A DNA stretch of 64,000 nt from Bdellovibrionota bacterium (GCA_041749855.1 JBGTAN010000040.1:7921-71920); one strand, 5' to 3'; positions 27,050-37,185 are shown, counted from the stretch's first letter. Numbers and translations are program-made. Notes: a model not told the origin generated them from the sequence alone.

Positions 27050-29907
27050 AGCCTCTTCTGACCTTGTTCCTCACGATACTCATGGGAGCTTGCGCCAAGC
27101 CTCGCCCCATGGAGCGAGTGCTACCTGAAGCCCGAAGAGTTCCCAAGGAAGCCCTTCAGGGAACTTTCATCTTTCTAAAAAGCGTCGCGGAAGTACGCTC
27201 TCCCTCGAAGAAGTACCGTTCGTACATTCCGGGAATGCACTTAGATTCCGATCGCTTGATTCAGTTCAAACAGCACGAGGATCAAGTCGATATCGTATCC
27301 ATCGATCCCGTGTTAGAGCCCGAAACAGCGGCAGCAAAGAATGTGCTTCTCGCGTCTTTTCCCGCAGATCACGTAGACGTGCAGCGCAAGCGCAATTCGA
27401 ATAATGAGTTGACCCACGAAGAAGAGGAAACAAAAACAGAGCGCCCCTGGGCACAACGGGCCTTTGTCAGATTAGACCTCACTCAAGATTCTATCGACGA
27501 ACATTCAGAAGAAATAGTGGCAAGAAGCCTCGTGATTCCGTTGGAGATGGACCTTACGCGCGGCGCACTGAACTTTGCCGTTCAGAACACACTTACTGAT
27601 GGCACGACTCTCGTTCTGCACTACAGTTTTTTGAAGTACCAGCCCTCTTCAACTTACGAGCAACGGCCTTTTTCGGCGTTCGATCAACACCGCTTCGGAT
27701 TGTACAAGACCACGACCTTTCGGTTCGATGCTTTCGACCAGATTACGGACTCGACTCGCACCGAGTTCATGAATCGCTGGGACACCACCCGTACGATTCC
27801 CTTCTACCTCTCATCGACGGTGCCGCAACACCTCAAGCCCACGATTCGACGCTTGTTCAACGAATGGGCGGAACTCCTGAAGAGTGCCGTTGGAGATGTG
27901 TCCGTGGAGCTGCATGAGAGTCGGGGACAACGGCTCGGAGACCTGCGCTTTAACACGATTCACTACGATGCGTCTGAGCATAGCGCCCACGGCGCTCTGG
28001 GCTATGCACCGTTGGTCAGTAATCCGCGCACGGGCGAGATTTTAAAAGCAGACGTCATTCTCTTTAGCAAAGTGCTTAAACGGTCTGCTTTCCAGGAACT
28101 CTTTTGGGATGCAAGCCGCGCGCGTCCTTTGGGCGACCTTCCCAAGGCAAGCGACGATCCCTATAGCGCACCCATTGCGTCGCTCACCCGCACGGCACGC
28201 GCTGATTTAGAGCATCGCCTCACCCGCCTCAATGAGGAGGTGGTTCAGCAGGTACTCACCGCTAACCGCCTGCAACAGCCTTGGCAGCTCGTCGAGGAGC
28301 GGATTTTGGGCGGGGTATTTGGTCATGAATTCGGCCATTGCCTGGGCCTTTCGCACAACCCCTTGGCCTCCGCCGATCCCGTTCACAAAAAGGTAGGGCA
28401 CACTTCGACGAGTATTATGGACTACGCCTTTCTCAATGGTCAGTCGGCACGTATTGGGCCCTACGATGCTGCGGCACTGCTCTTTGCCTACAGTCCCGAC
28501 GATTCCGTAAGACAACAGCAACTGGAACGGGGTTTTTACTATTGCTCCGACACAGAGGTTTTTTCCTCGCGCAACCCGCTATGCCAGCAATACGACAGCG
28601 CTTCCACTTTGACTGAGTTGGTGGAGAATCAGCTTGATCGGTACCTGTCCAGCTACCAGGTCAATAACCAACGGTTGGAACGCGTGGACTTTCCATCCGA
28701 CGACGCCGCCTACGAGAAGCGAGTGCTGTCCTACCTGCTTCCCATTCGCCAAGTTTACGACAACGCCCATGCGCTTCATCAAGCTTCGGCAAAACGCGAC
28801 TATGTGGCGCTATGGAGACTCGCGGGAGCACGACTCGAAAGTACTTACCCAGATTCGGAAGACATTGAAGTCACGATTCCACAAACGCCACAATTAGCTA
28901 TGGAGGGAGGCATCCCCTCTCAAAGAGCCTCGGGGTTTCAGGTGACTCTGGACCGGAGTCGACTTGACAGGGTGTTAGACGACGCCACTCGCAGTAAGGC
29001 TACCGCCGTTGAGGCCCTTCGCCGAATCGTACTAGACACCCAAAGACCCGCTTTCGACGAGACTGACCCCCTGACCAACCGAGTGACTGTGCGCGGTGTT
29101 CTCAAGGATCGCTTACTTGCGCTCACTTTATTGGCTCTTCCGATGGATCACCCTATTACGCAGGGGTCAGTGATCAGTCCCTATTCCGTCGAAGAACGTG
29201 TGGTTCCTGCGCTTTTTGCCAGCATCCTGTCAAACACGATGAAGATCCCTGACCCGGAGGAACTAGACCGGGCGTACTTCCGTATCCGTCGCTTTGAAAT
29301 GCCACTGCGCCGTTCCGCGCTGGAGCTGCTCTCAAAAAAAGTCGCTTCGGTGGATGGACATGCAGAGGCGCTTAATCTCATCCAGGTACAACCTCTGGGG
29401 CTAAAGGGCGCGCCTCGTGAAGCTTCGCTCACGCGCTCGCTCGAGACCCGGACGTTACTTCGCAATGGCTATCGAGACAGTCTTTTCGATAGACTCGTAC
29501 CTGATCAGCCGGACAACGGGCCTGAATTCCACTCGGACCGACTCACGGGCTTCCTCACCGATCTTTCTCCGTTTGATAAAACTCGCAATGATCACCCGAT
29601 GGCATTTGCCCAATTAGGCGACGACACGCTTTTGGGGGCCCCTGTGTGGCTCGAGGATGAAAAGCTTTTTACAGCCTCGGGGCTATTAATACGTAACAAT
29701 CTTAACGTGGCCGAGGATTATTTAACGACATTGACCGCCGTCATGCGCGAGGCCGGCCCCCAGCTCTTTGCCCAACCGAATGCTACGGGTTCGCGCTTTG
29801 CAGCGATGCCGCTACTCGAAGAGCAAGCCGCTCGACTACGCAACCATGTTGCCGTCGAGCAGCTCTTTTTACAGGAAATCTACTCCGCCTTTTCCCGCCG
29901 CCCCTAA
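27037..29907 (+). CDS. large zinc-dependent metalloprotease (metzincin-type HEXXHXXGXXH) lipoprotein
   Basis: HEFGHCLGLSH motif at residues ~425-435; lipoprotein-like signal MAHLKPLLTLFLTILMGAC; 956 aa. Confidence 0.65.
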   Translation: MAHLKPLLTLFLTILMGACAKPRPMERVLPEARRVPKEALQGTFIFLKSVAEVRSPSKKYRSYIPGMHLDSDRLIQFKQHEDQVDIVSIDPVLEPETAAAKNVLLASFPADHVDVQRKRNSNNELTHEEEETKTERPWAQRAFVRLDLTQDSIDEHSEEIVARSLVIPLEMDLTRGALNFAVQNTLTDGTTLVLHYSFLKYQPSSTYEQRPFSAFDQHRFGLYKTTTFRFDAFDQITDSTRTEFMNRWDTTRTIPFYLSSTVPQHLKPTIRRLFNEWAELLKSAVGDVSVELHESRGQRLGDLRFNTIHYDASEHSAHGALGYAPLVSNPRTGEILKADVILFSKVLKRSAFQELFWDASRARPLGDLPKASDDPYSAPIASLTRTARADLEHRLTRLNEEVVQQVLTANRLQQPWQLVEERILGGVFGHEFGHCLGLSHNPLASADPVHKKVGHTSTSIMDYAFLNGQSARIGPYDAAALLFAYSPDDSVRQQQLERGFYYCSDTEVFSSRNPLCQQYDSASTLTELVENQLDRYLSSYQVNNQRLERVDFPSDDAAYEKRVLSYLLPIRQVYDNAHALHQASAKRDYVALWRLAGARLESTYPDSEDIEVTIPQTPQLAMEGGIPSQRASGFQVTLDRSRLDRVLDDATRSKATAVEALRRIVLDTQRPAFDETDPLTNRVTVRGVLKDRLLALTLLALPMDHPITQGSVISPYSVEERVVPALFASILSNTMKIPDPEELDRAYFRIRRFEMPLRRSALELLSKKVASVDGHAEALNLIQVQPLGLKGAPREASLTRSLETRTLLRNGYRDSLFDRLVPDQPDNGPEFHSDRLTGFLTDLSPFDKTRNDHPMAFAQLGDDTLLGAPVWLEDEKLFTASGLLIRNNLNVAEDYLTTLTAVMREAGPQLFAQPNATGSRFAAMPLLEEQAARLRNHVAVEQLFLQEIYSAFSRRP

Positions 29908-30338
29908 ATTTCGCCGAGAACCGTTTCAGGAAAAGTAGCTGCTTCCACTTTTGGATAGGCATGCGTGATTTTGCCGCCTTCAATCACATACGCAATCCGC
30001 TTGGCGTGAGCGTCACTGGGATTTTCGCAAGCACCGTAAGCCATACCCACCGAACGCTCCGTATCGCAGAGCAGAGGAAACTCGAATCCAAACTTGCGCG
30101 CGAATGCGGTGTTCTCCGCAGCCGTGTCAAAAGACACTCCAAGAATAGCTGCTTCCTTATCTTCAAATTGCGCTTTGCGATCTCGAAATCCGCAGCCTTC
30201 TTTTGTACATCCTGGCGTGTCCGCCTTCGGATAAAACCAAAGGACCAGCTTCACTGACTTGTAATTGTCGAGGCTGTGTTCTTTGCCTTGGTGATCTTGA
30301 ACTTTAAACGCAGGGGCCTTGTCTCCGACTTTCAACAT
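29904..30338 (-). CDS. bcp: thiol peroxidase Bcp (peroxiredoxin)
   Basis: LVLWFYPKADTPGCTKEGCGFRD motif. Confidence 0.85.
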   Translation of the reverse strand: MLKVGDKAPAFKVQDHQGKEHSLDNYKSVKLVLWFYPKADTPGCTKEGCGFRDRKAQFEDKEAAILGVSFDTAAENTAFARKFGFEFPLLCDTERSVGMAYGACENPSDAHAKRIAYVIEGGKITHAYPKVEAATFPETVLGEI

Positions 30339-30350
30339 GGTCCCGACTTA

Positions 30351-30797
30351 CTATAGATCGAGGTCAGTACGCAAACCCTCTCCGAGCGAAGGCATAATCG
30401 GAAACTGGGGATGCTTGATACGGCACTCTTCGATGGCCGCCTCCAGCTCATTCACATCGAGGCACAGGATCCCCATCTTGAGTTCGCCCCATTTTTTCGC
30501 AAGTTCAATCTGTCCATCGTTGGCTTCGCCGTAGCGCATTTGCTTCGGCACCACGACGCAGGGTTTCTGCAGCCGATAGAGCATGCTGAGCATCCCTGTG
30601 CCTGCGTGTGTGACCACCAACTCGGCGTCCCGCATTTTTGCTTCGATGTCTTGCGTCGAGCCCGTTCGAAAATAAGCAAAAGGCGGCACGAAAGTTCCGC
30701 TACCTATTTGCCCGACAAAATCATACTTGCGTGCAAGCCGTGCACACGCGCGCATCAATGGATCAAAATGGCCCGTGGAAACCGTTACAAAGATCAT
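30351..30797 (-). CDS. Alg13-like glycosyltransferase C-terminal-domain subunit (PssE/Cps14G type)
   Basis: MIFVTVSTGHFDPLMRA...VVTHAGTGMLSMLYRLQKPCVVVP matches the GT28 C-terminal/Alg13 fold. Confidence 0.65.
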   Translation of the reverse strand: MIFVTVSTGHFDPLMRACARLARKYDFVGQIGSGTFVPPFAYFRTGSTQDIEAKMRDAELVVTHAGTGMLSMLYRLQKPCVVVPKQMRYGEANDGQIELAKKWGELKMGILCLDVNELEAAIEECRIKHPQFPIMPSLGEGLRTDLDL

Positions 30798-30833
30798 GAC
30801 TCCCCCTGATTGAGCCCCGAAATACGGAGCGGA

Positions 30834-31349
30834 TCACCCCGCGAAACGGGTCCCCAAAACCCATCCCGCGTAACGAGCCTTTGGCCCATACGACCCGAGC
30901 AACTCGGGCCACTGCACGTACAAAGCATGACAAATCGGGTACAAGAATTTTCCTGTAATGCTGGGAGTGACGACTTGATTCATGCACTCCACATGCACAA
31001 TGCGCCCACCGAAAAGGCGGGCCCAGAAACAAAAAGGAATCACGTCGGCTGCGCCCAATGAAATCACATGACGGGGCCGAAGCCGCAAAGCGAGTAGGAA
31101 GGCACAGAACGATGCCCAAAGGGCCTTAAATGGATTAAAGAGGCGTCGTTTTCCCCACCAGCTAAAAAGATAGGGAATCGAAAAAACCGCGGCCTCTTCG
31201 CCCAGGCGAGCAAGCTCCGGACCGGGGGTGGTGAGAATAGCCGCCGGAGTAATGCGCAACTGATCGATCAGCATACGAGCATTGTGCAAATGCCCTCCGC
31301 GATCCGTTACCACTACGACCCCCCCTGCCTGTGCGATACTCATATTCAC
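30834..31349 (-). CDS. Alg14-like glycosyltransferase membrane subunit (PssD/Cps14F type)
   Basis: 171 aa encoded immediately upstream of the Alg13-like gene; hydrophobic central segment and size typical of Alg14-like partners. Confidence 0.55.
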   Translation of the reverse strand: MNMSIAQAGGVVVVTDRGGHLHNARMLIDQLRITPAAILTTPGPELARLGEEAAVFSIPYLFSWWGKRRLFNPFKALWASFCAFLLALRLRPRHVISLGAADVIPFCFWARLFGGRIVHVECMNQVVTPSITGKFLYPICHALYVQWPELLGSYGPKARYAGWVLGTRFAG

Positions 31350-31429
31350 AAAGTAGTTTAGCAGGAATGGAAAATACGCCTATAAAGATTTACAGGCCCA
31401 TGACGCGTTACGATAAAGACACAGAAACC

Positions 31430-31840
31430 TTAGAGCTGGCGCTCGAAGTTTAGATTCGGATTGGGACCAAACCCGTTATTCAAAAAGAAAGCGTGTGCCG
31501 CTTGGTTGTAAGGTTCTGCTTGAACAGAAAGTGCGCGCGCGCCGTTGCCTCGAGCGACGTCCATGATTTTGCCCAGAATCGCCTTACCCACACCCGAACG
31601 ACGGAACGGCTCTTCGACATACAACTCGTCTATGAACACGGTAAGCCCCCCGCGTTCGACACTGTGGTAGTTCGTTAAAATGGCATACCCAATGCGTTCT
31701 TCGCCCGACTTAATGAAGTACGCAGTCGCTAGGACTTCATTACGAAGCAGGCTTTTGACGCCGTCTTCAATGTAAACCATCGCATCAAAATCTTCGTCGT
31801 GCGCGTAAAGCGCTTCCACGTATTCACGCAACAAATCCAT
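31430..31840 (-). CDS. GNAT family N-acetyltransferase
   Basis: Acetyl-CoA motif region RRSGVGKAILGKIMDVARGNGARALSVQAEPYNQAAHAFFLNNGF; the start is probably MDLLREY (31840), since the longer ORF overlaps the lon 3' end. Confidence 0.65.
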   Translation of the reverse strand: MDLLREYVEALYAHDEDFDAMVYIEDGVKSLLRNEVLATAYFIKSGEERIGYAILTNYHSVERGGLTVFIDELYVEEPFRRSGVGKAILGKIMDVARGNGARALSVQAEPYNQAAHAFFLNNGFGPNPNLNFERQL

Positions 31841-31946
31841 CTCTCCAGGGTGGACTTTAACTAGGTTCACTTCAGATTGAGTTTTCAAAACAGTTCCCTC
31901 CGCGGATGGAGAAAACCTACCGGTTTTCGAACTTTTTTGCGAGCCT

Positions 31947-34427
31947 TTAGCTCGCTGGGAAAAGGTGCTTGAAAGCACCCTTGATAGTAGAGACCTTAAT
32001 GATTCGTAAACCTTGCTTGGTTTCGGCATCTATCTTCCTCAGGTCTCGGTCGCAGTCTTTGGGGACAATCACGGTTCCGATACCGGACCGTTTGGCAGCT
32101 AGTAACTTCTCCCGGACGCCCCCCACTGGCAACACCCGTCCGCTCAGCGTAATTTCCCCCGTCATCGCAATCCCGGGCTTCACCGCACGATTACTCAGAA
32201 GGGAATAGAGGCTCGCCGCCATGGTCAGCCCCGCAGAGGGACCATCCTTGGGAGTCGCTCCCGCAGGCACATGCAGATGCAGGGTGTGCCGTTCAAAAAA
32301 TCGCTTCGGAAGGTCCAGGCTTTCAGCCGCATCTCGAACCAAGGTCGAGGCCAGGCTCGCCGATTCCTGCATCACTTTGCCGAGCGTCCCGGTCAGGACC
32401 AAGCCTCCGCGGCCCTCCACGGCAACGCTTTCCACGGTCAGCACCTCGCCCCCATAGGCAGTCCAAGCAAGTCCCGTAGCCACGCCAGGCACTTCGGGGA
32501 TGTTTTCCTCCGGATGGAAAGGGGCCGGCCCAAGAAGCTTCGCCACTTGCGCCGCCGTTTCGACGTCCGTTCTACCCTTTTTTGAGGTAGCGACTTTGTA
32601 GGCTACTTTTCTAAACACACGCGCAATCATCCGCTCCAAGTTTCGCACACCCGCTTCGCGCGCATAGTTGGAGATGAGGTGTCGAAGCGCGACATCGGAG
32701 AAACTCACTTGTTCGCTGGTGAGCGCATTTTTCTCCAGTTGTTTGGGCAACAGGTAGTTGCGCGCAATATGCACTTTCTCCGAATCGGAATAGCCACCCA
32801 ATTCGATAATCTCCATACGATCGAGCAGCGCCGCCGGAATGGTTTCCAGACTGTTCGCCGTTGTGATGAAGAACACTTCCGAGCAATCAAAGGGAATATC
32901 GAGATAGTGATCGAGAAACTCTGAGTTCTGCTCGGGATCCAGCAGCTCTAGCAGCGCAGAAGCCGGATCGCCTCCCGCTGCCCAGCCGGTAGAAATCTTG
33001 TCGATTTCATCGATGAGAAACACCGGATTCTGACTACCCACGCGCTTCAACCCTTGAATGAGTTTGCCGGGCATCGCGCCTACATAAGTACGGCGGTGTC
33101 CTTTGATCTCCGCTTCGTCACGCATACCGCCGACTGAGAATCGGAAAAACTTGCGATTCAAAGCCCGCGCGACCGACTTACCCAAACTCGTTTTGCCCGT
33201 ACCTGGAGGACCCACGAAGCACAGAATGGAACCTTCGTTACTTTTTTTTAGCTTTTTGACGGCGAGGAACTCAAGAATGCGTTCCTTCACTTCCTTCAAG
33301 CCGTAATGATCTTCATTCAACACACGCCGGGCATGCGTGAGCGTTAAATTCTCATCCGTTCGAACGCCCCAGGGTAGCTCGGTCGCCCAATCCAGGTAAT
33401 TGATTGCAACAGAAAACTCAGAGGAAGCTTCGTTTAACAGCGAAAGCTTCTCCATCTCTTCTTCAATGCGCTTTTTGGCCTCCGGCCCCAGGGTGCGCGT
33501 CTTAAGGCGTTGCTCAAATTTCTGAACCAGCTTCGCTTTATCGTCAGGCGCGCGGCCCAATTCCTTTTGAATCAATTTCAACTGTTCGTTGAGATAGAAT
33601 TCCCTTTGAGCGCCCGCTACCCGTTGATGGATGTCATCTTGAATCTGTTGCTGAACCGCTTGGACGTCTTGCTCTCGGTGCAGAAGCACCAACAAGCGAC
33701 GCAGCCGCTCACGCACCTCGTGCATGGCGAGGAGCTCCAAGTACTCACCGACGTCCCGGATAAGAATAGACGCCATAAAGTCGGCAAGCTTTCCCGGGCC
33801 GTCTATATTGACCAACGCCAATTTCACTTCTTCCGAAATGAGCGGATTGTCTTTTGAAATCTGTTTGAACTGCGAGAGCGCCGAACGAAGAAGCGCCTCA
33901 AGCTCCGTGTCCCGCTTAAACTCGTCTGACACGTACTTCACATTGCCGACGAAATAGGGCTCTGAGCTGACCAGTTTTTTGAGTTCAAATCTTTGCAGAC
34001 CCGTGAGCAAAATACTCACCTGATTGTCAGGTAGGTTGATCTTTTTCAGGACCTTCGCCGCAACGCCATAGGAATGAAAGGCACCGCGGGCCTCATCGGG
34101 AGGCTGCGCCTTCGCGCCTTCAACGGGAAGGCCCGTCATCGTAGTAGTCGGACCTGAGGCTGAATCCGTCGCCTCTTCATCGCCCGTCAAAATGACACCC
34201 AAGTAGCCTTGGCCGGCCAGTACATGCTCCACCATGCGCGAGAGCTTTCCTTCTGGAATGACCAAAGGCACGATCATGCCTGGAAACAGGGTCGATTGAT
34301 TCACCGGGAGCAGGAAAAGATTGGGGGGAAGCAAGTCACTCACGGGCACAATTCCAGCGGGTGCCGCAGGCGGTGGGGGCGTTTTCGCCCGAGTTACATC
34401 AATACCTTCATTTCCCTTTTCATACAT
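31947..34427 (-). CDS. lon: ATP-dependent Lon protease
   Basis: 826 aa with LON N-domain, AAA+ Walker A (GPPGTGKTS) and a C-terminal protease domain carrying PKDGPSAG. Confidence 0.95.
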   Translation of the reverse strand: MYEKGNEGIDVTRAKTPPPPAAPAGIVPVSDLLPPNLFLLPVNQSTLFPGMIVPLVIPEGKLSRMVEHVLAGQGYLGVILTGDEEATDSASGPTTTMTGLPVEGAKAQPPDEARGAFHSYGVAAKVLKKINLPDNQVSILLTGLQRFELKKLVSSEPYFVGNVKYVSDEFKRDTELEALLRSALSQFKQISKDNPLISEEVKLALVNIDGPGKLADFMASILIRDVGEYLELLAMHEVRERLRRLLVLLHREQDVQAVQQQIQDDIHQRVAGAQREFYLNEQLKLIQKELGRAPDDKAKLVQKFEQRLKTRTLGPEAKKRIEEEMEKLSLLNEASSEFSVAINYLDWATELPWGVRTDENLTLTHARRVLNEDHYGLKEVKERILEFLAVKKLKKSNEGSILCFVGPPGTGKTSLGKSVARALNRKFFRFSVGGMRDEAEIKGHRRTYVGAMPGKLIQGLKRVGSQNPVFLIDEIDKISTGWAAGGDPASALLELLDPEQNSEFLDHYLDIPFDCSEVFFITTANSLETIPAALLDRMEIIELGGYSDSEKVHIARNYLLPKQLEKNALTSEQVSFSDVALRHLISNYAREAGVRNLERMIARVFRKVAYKVATSKKGRTDVETAAQVAKLLGPAPFHPEENIPEVPGVATGLAWTAYGGEVLTVESVAVEGRGGLVLTGTLGKVMQESASLASTLVRDAAESLDLPKRFFERHTLHLHVPAGATPKDGPSAGLTMAASLYSLLSNRAVKPGIAMTGEITLSGRVLPVGGVREKLLAAKRSGIGTVIVPKDCDRDLRKIDAETKQGLRIIKVSTIKGAFKHLFPAS

Positions 34428-34509
34428 GTCCTAGGGATAATAGGTAGAGCCCGAGCGGAGTCAAACCGCCCGGGCGTAAATTACTTGAAATCTTTAGGGG
34501 AAACCGAGC

Positions 34510-34737
34510 TTAGCGGACGTTGCCGCCAACCGCACGACCCGAGCCTTGCGAAGTCGCACCTTGCTGCAAGAGGCAAGCATTCACGATTTCGTTGAATCGA
34601 GTAGTAGGATCAGGCTGCACAGCAACCGGAGCCGAGCTACTAACCGGGGGATTGCCCTGGCCGTGGTTCGATTTTGTTTCAGCCATTGCCGACGTGCTCA
34701 TTAGCACCACCACAACCGCACTCATCAAGAACTTCAT
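34510..34737 (-). CDS. small secreted hypothetical protein
   Basis: MKFLMSAVVVVLMSTSAMA signal followed by ~55 aa of low complexity. Confidence 0.3.
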   Translation of the reverse strand: MKFLMSAVVVVLMSTSAMAETKSNHGQGNPPVSSSAPVAVQPDPTTRFNEIVNACLLQQGATSQGSGRAVGGNVR

Positions 34738-35084
34738 AACGTCTCCTTCAACACCTACATCACCGGTCCTCATCTACACCTGAACCGGCGTCCGTGAACT
34801 CCCACAAGTGGGACGCACGAACCGACAGCGCTATAGTTTGCAAGCGATATACCAGGGTGAACACTAGGGGCGGTCAGGCACTTTAGGTGTATTACAAACT
34901 GTCTTCTGCCCGGTCGCCTCGCCCCGACAACCTGCCTTCTTGAGCTAACTTGCTGATATTGTGCCCCCGAATCTCGTGTCGACAGGAGTGACACGGGGGT
35001 GACAACGCACGCCTTTGGCGGCTCTTGACCGTCGAATCGTATTCTGCGAGTCTTCGCGGCAGCCCAATCGCAAGGAGACTACAA

Positions 35085-35672
35085 ATGGAATCATTGGTTC
35101 AGAAAAAAGCCCCCGACTTTAAAGCAACGGCACTCGTAGGACAGGACTTCAAAGAAGTGGCCTTGTCCGACTACAAGGGACAGTGGGTTTGCTTGTTCTT
35201 CTACCCACTTGATTTCACTTTTGTTTGCCCCACCGAAATTACGGCGTTCGAGGACTCTTATAGCCGCTTCAAAGAGATCGGCTGCGAAGTCTTGGCGAGT
35301 TCAGTGGATAGCCAGTTCTCCCATTTGGCCTGGTCGAAGCAAGCCCGCAAAGAAGGCGGCATCGGCAAGCTTTCTTTTCCTGTGCTCGCTGACGTTCGTA
35401 AAGAAATCGGTCGAAGCTACGGTGTGCTTCTTGAAAATGCGGGCATTACTCTGCGCGGACTTTTCATTATCAACCCGCAAGGCGTTGTCCAGTATCAGCT
35501 CGTGCACGATTTGGGCATTGGCCGCAACGTAGAGGAAGTTTTGCGCATCGTTCAGGCTCTTCAGGAAGTCACCAAAACCGGCGAAGTCTGCCCGGCCAAC
35601 TGGACTCCCGGCGCAAAGACCATGAAAGCAGACCCCACTCGGTCGAAAGAATATTTTCAGAGTCAGAGCTAA
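35085..35672 (+). CDS. ahpC: 2-Cys peroxiredoxin (AhpC/TSA family)
   Basis: FTFVCPTEI peroxidatic-Cys motif, with the resolving Cys near the C-terminus (GEVCPANW). The likely start is MESLVQKKAPDF, since the longer ORF has an implausible N-terminus. Confidence 0.85.
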   Translation: MESLVQKKAPDFKATALVGQDFKEVALSDYKGQWVCLFFYPLDFTFVCPTEITAFEDSYSRFKEIGCEVLASSVDSQFSHLAWSKQARKEGGIGKLSFPVLADVRKEIGRSYGVLLENAGITLRGLFIINPQGVVQYQLVHDLGIGRNVEEVLRIVQALQEVTKTGEVCPANWTPGAKTMKADPTRSKEYFQSQS

Positions 35673-35807
35673 GGGCGGCTAGGATTGCTGCTCCGCTCGA
35701 TTCCCTGAGAGACTCCTTGTTTTTCTCATGAGGGACTGTGCACGTGCACACCCCCTCGTATTTTCTTTATCGAAGAGGCTTCTTGCCGACCGTGCGAGAA
35801 CCTTGAC

Positions 35808-36611
35808 CTAACGTCGTCCGCGTCCGCCGCCGCCGCGGCCACCGCCGCCCGCTCCGCCGCCACCCTTTTCGAGGTTACGCACGTACTCCATGAAGTTCTC
35901 GCGGTTTTCTAGCGTTTTGTCGTAGCGTCCACGGCCGCCCCCGCCTTGGCGTCCACCGCCGCCACCCTGGCGACCTCGCGCCTGTCCGCGATCTCCCCCT
36001 CCACGATTATCGCGATTGCCACTCTTCTCAGAGTTATGGTGACTTCGCCCCTCGAGCGCACTGGTCAACAGTTCAGCAACACACTGCTCAATCGAAACGC
36101 GCTCCTGAATGCGCCGAGCTTCGAGTTTGCGATACAGGGTTTGGGAAACAGGCAATTCAATCGATGAAGGGTACTCCTTCGTGCGATGAATGGGATTGGG
36201 CACTGGTTGTCCGGCCTGACGAAGACTGGCGAGCTTTGAATGCAGCTTATCTTCTGCAAGGTAAACGGCTTCGCTGCGGACCAAGTCTAAAACCTTCAAT
36301 TCAGGAAACTCAACAAAGCTAGCGGCATACATGCCCTCTTCCCGATCGTAGTAGACCTGAAGGGTAAAGGCTTCGGTTTCGGGTTCGTCTGCCCGTTCGC
36401 GCTGAGGCCGTCTGGTTTCAGCGGGTCCTAGCTGAGCCGTTTGGCTGTCTTCTTCCAATTCGCCGGCGTACTCCACAGGGTCTATCTCCTCAGGCGGTGG
36501 CTCCGCCGGGGCTTTGCGAGCGGCTGGGCGCTCTTCGCGCCTAGGGGTGCTCGCACGTGGACTCTTACGGGCAGATTTCCCGGTTGAACCGGCTTTTTTC
36601 TCGTCACTCAC
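35808..36611 (-). CDS. hypothetical protein with HicB-like (UPF0150) segment and Arg/Gly-rich C-terminal tail
   Basis: Segment FTLQVYYDREEGMYAASFVEFPELKVLDLVRSEAV resembles the HicB/UPF0150 fold; the C-terminus is RGG/GGR-rich (GGGDRGQARGRQGGGGGRQGGGGRGR...GGGGAGGGGRGGGGRGRR). Confidence 0.35.
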   Translation of the reverse strand: MSDEKKAGSTGKSARKSPRASTPRREERPAARKAPAEPPPEEIDPVEYAGELEEDSQTAQLGPAETRRPQRERADEPETEAFTLQVYYDREEGMYAASFVEFPELKVLDLVRSEAVYLAEDKLHSKLASLRQAGQPVPNPIHRTKEYPSSIELPVSQTLYRKLEARRIQERVSIEQCVAELLTSALEGRSHHNSEKSGNRDNRGGGDRGQARGRQGGGGGRQGGGGRGRYDKTLENRENFMEYVRNLEKGGGGAGGGGRGGGGRGRR

Positions 36612-36770
36612 TTCGATTACCTCGCAACCGGGCAGAACGCCCAGGGTTGGTTGAACAGAAGATGTACGGCATCGTGGGGTGGGTTTTCAAGGAGAAACTC
36701 TAACCGGACGAATTAGGTCCAAATGCCTTGACTCCACGCTTAAACCAGCTACAAGATTGGGGAAACTTTG

Positions 36771-36795
36771 TAGTAGGACTTAAATGCTCCGAGTT
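36771..36795 (+). promoter_or_regulatory. candidate IscR type-1 box overlapping the iscR start
   Basis: TAGTAGGACTTAAATGCTCCGAGTT resembles the E. coli iscR-promoter site ATAGTTGACCAATTTACTCGGGAAT; the match is by eye only. Confidence 0.25.
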
Positions 36796-37185
36796 AACAA
36801 AAAGATGGAGTACGGCATTATTGCGCTGCTGTATTTGGATAAGCAGCAAGACAAGGCCGCAAGCGTGCGCGAGATTGCGGAAAGCTGCGGTTTGCCTGAG
36901 CCATTGCTGAGCAAAGTGATGCAGTCGATGAAGAATCGCCATCTAGTGAGCGCTGTGTACGGCAACCAAGGTGGCTATCGCTTGGGAGTGAACTTGTCGG
37001 ACATCAACCTTCTCGACCTTTCTCAGACTTTGGTGGGACCGATGCACGTGGCCGCTTGCTTGGACCCTGAGTCGAAAGAATGTCCCGCGCATTCCAAGTG
37101 CACCATCGTTGCGCCGATGACTGTGCTCAATCAGAAATTAACCGATCTTTTTCAGTCCACTTCGTTGGAGACCTTAAAAGCATGA
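36784..37185 (+). CDS. iscR: Rrf2-family Fe-S cluster regulator IscR
   Basis: [18 protein letters not shown].. Rrf2 N-terminal HTH and three clustered Cys (C..C.....C) for cluster ligation; stop overlaps the iscS start (ATGA). Confidence 0.85.
   Translation: MLRVNKKMEYGIIALLYLDKQQDKAASVREIAESCGLPEPLLSKVMQSMKNRHLVSAVYGNQGGYRLGVNLSDINLLDLSQTLVGPMHVAACLDPESKECPAHSKCTIVAPMTVLNQKLTDLFQSTSLETLKA

Noticed and set aside
31430-32029. Full 199-aa GNAT ORF
   Set aside because: Its 5' 82 nt overlap the lon 3' end. The N-terminal 63 aa are low-complexity and un-GNAT-like, so the internal start at MDLLREY is preferred.
34860-34890. CTATAG-N9-GATATA imperfect palindrome upstream of ahpC as an OxyR/PerR-type site
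   Set aside because: It fits neither the OxyR ATAG-N7-CTAT tetrad spacing nor a PerR box convincingly. It is noted only as a long (310-bp) leader region.
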